This document shows positions 61,677-64,000 of a DNA stretch of 64,000 nucleotides, piece after piece. The stretch spans positions 108,546 through 172,545 of the forward strand of contig JACKLV010000002.1 in NCBI GenBank assembly GCA_024235755.1, read 5' to 3'. Made by a program: the position numbers and the translations under genes. The stretch's first letter is position 1. Every line of letters starts with the position of its first letter. The notes under the pieces are model-generated. The model saw nothing but the letters and a program-made list of their open reading frames with translations. It was not told where the DNA came from and ran no database searches. This DNA is from Burkholderiales bacterium. Its GTDB lineage: Bacteria > Pseudomonadota > Gammaproteobacteria > Burkholderiales > Nitrosomonadaceae.

Positions 61677-62147
61677 TTATATGCGATGATAAGGGTGATT
61701 CTTGATTAATGATACAGCGCGATACAATTGCTCAATCAGCATCACGCGCACGAGTCCATGTGGAAAAGTCAATCTGGACAGTGACAGTAAATGCCGGCTG
61801 GTTGATTTGATTTCGTCATGCAGACCGTCCGCGCCGCCTATGATAAATGCTGAATCTCCACCTTCGAGCATCCATTGTTCAATGGTATCGGCCAGTTGAA
61901 CAGTCGTCCATTGCTTGCCGTGCTCGTCAAGCACAATAATGCGACAACCCGCAGGTAGGGCAGACTTGATGCGCTGACATTCCATTTGCAGAATATGTTC
62001 TTTATGCTTGTGGCCAGTGCGTTTTTCCGGTTTGATTTCATGTAGATGTACCGTAATATCCTGACAAAAGCGTTTTGCATATTCTGAAAAAGCAGTATTG
62101 ATCCATTCGGGCATCCTGTTTCCTACGGCAAAAATAAAAAGCTTCAT
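61677..62147 (-). CDS. rlmH: 23S rRNA (pseudouridine1915-N3)-methyltransferase RlmH
   Basis: The 156-aa SPOUT protein carries FIIGGADGL and ends in ...HPYHR. Confidence 0.93.
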   Translation of the reverse strand: MKLFIFAVGNRMPEWINTAFSEYAKRFCQDITVHLHEIKPEKRTGHKHKEHILQMECQRIKSALPAGCRIIVLDEHGKQWTTVQLADTIEQWMLEGGDSAFIIGGADGLHDEIKSTSRHLLSLSRLTFPHGLVRVMLIEQLYRAVSLIKNHPYHRI

Positions 62148-62323
62148 GTGTAATCATTCGGTAAGTAGTCTATTCACAGGCGATCTTTATCGGGCCAAGC
62201 ATGTTTTATTAATGGATTATAGAGCTAAAAAGAGATTAGAGGATAACATTGCAATTCGGTTGTGCAACCGATGTTTGACAAATCAAAGGCTTGTAAAATT
62301 GAATGAAATGAATTGATGCGGAG

Positions 62324-63934
62324 TTAATTGCAACTTTTTTTCCGAATCGCCTTTGTCAGTTTGTTCAAGTTTGTATTTTCTTCGGTATTGACGGTTATAA
62401 GATAGGGCAATTCGTCTTTGTGGAGTGGCTCGGAGGTCTTTAGCTGATGTTCGAGAACTGAAATATCAGCATCCGAGATACCTTTGGGTCTGGTTCGTAT
62501 GCGGCGGCGCAGTGTATCGGCGGTTGCATTGAGTGACAGTATAATGAATGGCATCTGTTTGTTTTGTGCCAGTTTTAGAAAAGTATGCCGTTCTTCGAAC
62601 TTGAGAAAGGCGGCATCAATAATTACGGAAAAGCCGGCTTCAAGTATATCTTTAGCCAGTATGCTCAGCTTTTTGTATGTTCGGGAGTTGGCTTCTTGTG
62701 AGTAAACAGGTGGAGGGCTTTCATCCCATTTGTGAGCGAGATGGTTATTTGAACTGTTGTCAAACGTGCTTGTGTTGTCGAGTAGGCCAAATATGCGCTT
62801 TCGTTCGACATCAGAACGAATGCGCATAGCGCCGATACATTCGAGCAGAAGCTGCGATAAAGTGCTTTTTCCTGAAGCGGAGAATCCATGCAAAATGATT
62901 AAAACCGGTTTTTTAGGACAGATGTATGACTGTGCGAGAGTTAGATACGCATGGCATTCATTGTCTGCTTTATTTTTTTCCGGTATCGAAATGCCAGCTT
63001 GTCCGGCTCTAATCGCTGCGACCATAGCGCGGATAACTGCGCGATAAACTAGATAAAAACGGAATAATCGCAGTCCAGAGTAGTCTCCGCTATGCTCTAA
63101 ATAGGCATTCAAAAAACGAAGCGCCAATTGTGGCTGCTTTCTGTCTTGCAAGTCCATGACTAAAAAGGAAATATCAGACAAAGTGTCTATCCAGCGTAAA
63201 TTTGGGTCGAATTCTAGGCAATCGAAGGCAAAGGGTTTGTTATGTAGCCATAACAGGTTGCGTAAATGCAGGTCGCCGTGACATTCGCGAATAAACCCGT
63301 TCTGTTTTCTTTGACCAAATAGATAGTTGTGTGTTGAATAAAAAGATGAGCCCCAGTTTTCCAATTCAGTTAGTCGTGCGTTATAGTGTTGTGATTCTGG
63401 GCAGGCGCGAATATTTTTGAATGCTTGTGTTACAGGCTGGTAGACTTGCTCGGGATTGCCGAAACAGGTGTCTGGCGCGGCTATTGCGGCATTTTGATGG
63501 AACTCTGCTAAAAGATGCGCAAACGCATCGATGTGTTTTTTTCCGAGCATTCCAGCTTCTAGCATAATGTCGAGTTGAGCGTTCTGCGGAAACTGAACCA
63601 TTTTAAGTGCGTACTCAATAGCATCACCGGTTCCTTGTAAAACAGGGTGTGCCGGGCTGCCTGTAATAGCAACGATGTCCAGATAAAAAGGTGCAGCGAG
63701 ACGTTTATTCAGTCGTAATTCTTCGCGGCAAAAAAATCTGCGTTGAGTCAACGTTGAAAAATCGAGGAATCCGAGATTGCACGGTTTTTTGATTTTGTAG
63801 GCATAAGTGCCGGTCAGAATCACCCAGGAAATATGCGTTTCAATGAGTTTAATGGTCTTTACGGAATGGTCGTACACACTAGCCCGCATTAGTGAACGGA
63901 TAAGCTCATTGGACAATTTACTGTCTGATTGCAT
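62324..63934 (-). CDS. Fusion protein: APH/choline-kinase-like kinase domain plus a P-loop (AAA_33/zeta-like) kinase domain
   Basis: The N-terminal part has the Brenner motif HGDLHLRNLL followed by IDTLSDISFLVMDL. The C-terminal part has the Walker A ILHGFSASGKSTLS. Confidence 0.7.
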   Translation of the reverse strand: MQSDSKLSNELIRSLMRASVYDHSVKTIKLIETHISWVILTGTYAYKIKKPCNLGFLDFSTLTQRRFFCREELRLNKRLAAPFYLDIVAITGSPAHPVLQGTGDAIEYALKMVQFPQNAQLDIMLEAGMLGKKHIDAFAHLLAEFHQNAAIAAPDTCFGNPEQVYQPVTQAFKNIRACPESQHYNARLTELENWGSSFYSTHNYLFGQRKQNGFIRECHGDLHLRNLLWLHNKPFAFDCLEFDPNLRWIDTLSDISFLVMDLQDRKQPQLALRFLNAYLEHSGDYSGLRLFRFYLVYRAVIRAMVAAIRAGQAGISIPEKNKADNECHAYLTLAQSYICPKKPVLIILHGFSASGKSTLSQLLLECIGAMRIRSDVERKRIFGLLDNTSTFDNSSNNHLAHKWDESPPPVYSQEANSRTYKKLSILAKDILEAGFSVIIDAAFLKFEERHTFLKLAQNKQMPFIILSLNATADTLRRRIRTRPKGISDADISVLEHQLKTSEPLHKDELPYLITVNTEENTNLNKLTKAIRKKSCN

Positions 63935-64000
63935 AACTCAATCATACGCTGGAAGCGATATATTATAAACCGGTCAGGTTGCTACTTCCGGGCAAAAACA

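Overview
This is a 64-kb chromosomal window from an AT-rich proteobacterium. Gene content and synteny look betaproteobacterial, possibly Nitrosomonadales-like, but that is inference only. The conserved blocks are hflC-DUF2065-hisZ-purA, smc-zipA, rpoE-rseA-rseB-degP-lepA-lepB-rnc-era-pdxJ-acpS-nagZ, tadA/prmB/rluB/ybaB/dnaX/ffs, rpsO-pnp, flhBAFG-fliA-motAB and rng-maf-rlmH. I support about 60 protein genes and two ncRNAs recognised directly from sequence: 6S RNA downstream of zapA, and 4.5S/SRP RNA upstream of dnaX. I saw no rRNA, tRNA, CRISPR array, transposase, integrase or phage gene, so most of the window is ordinary core genome. The less ordinary stretch is about 33.4-45.4 kb. It holds an orphan PEP-CTERM protein behind a perfect sigma54 promoter and a DUF4105/DUF3015/lipoprotein-hydrolase envelope cluster. 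It also holds an LMW phosphatase behind a 23-bp perfect palindrome, and a leaderless glutaminyl cyclase co-oriented with two tandem FemAB/CelD-like GNAT paralogs, one of which carries the longest G/C homopolymer in the window. A DUF502 protein sits divergent from a short membrane-anchored dynamin-like GTPase, followed by a 557-bp ORF-free region. My best candidate for an undescribed system is the GNAT-GNAT-glutaminyl cyclase cassette with its DUF502 and dynamin neighbours. The second candidate is a LysM-FecR envelope protein translationally coupled to a CHASE2-PAS-GGDEF-EAL enzyme. All assignments come from motif and synteny recognition without any database search. DUF-level names are recollections that need HMM confirmation.
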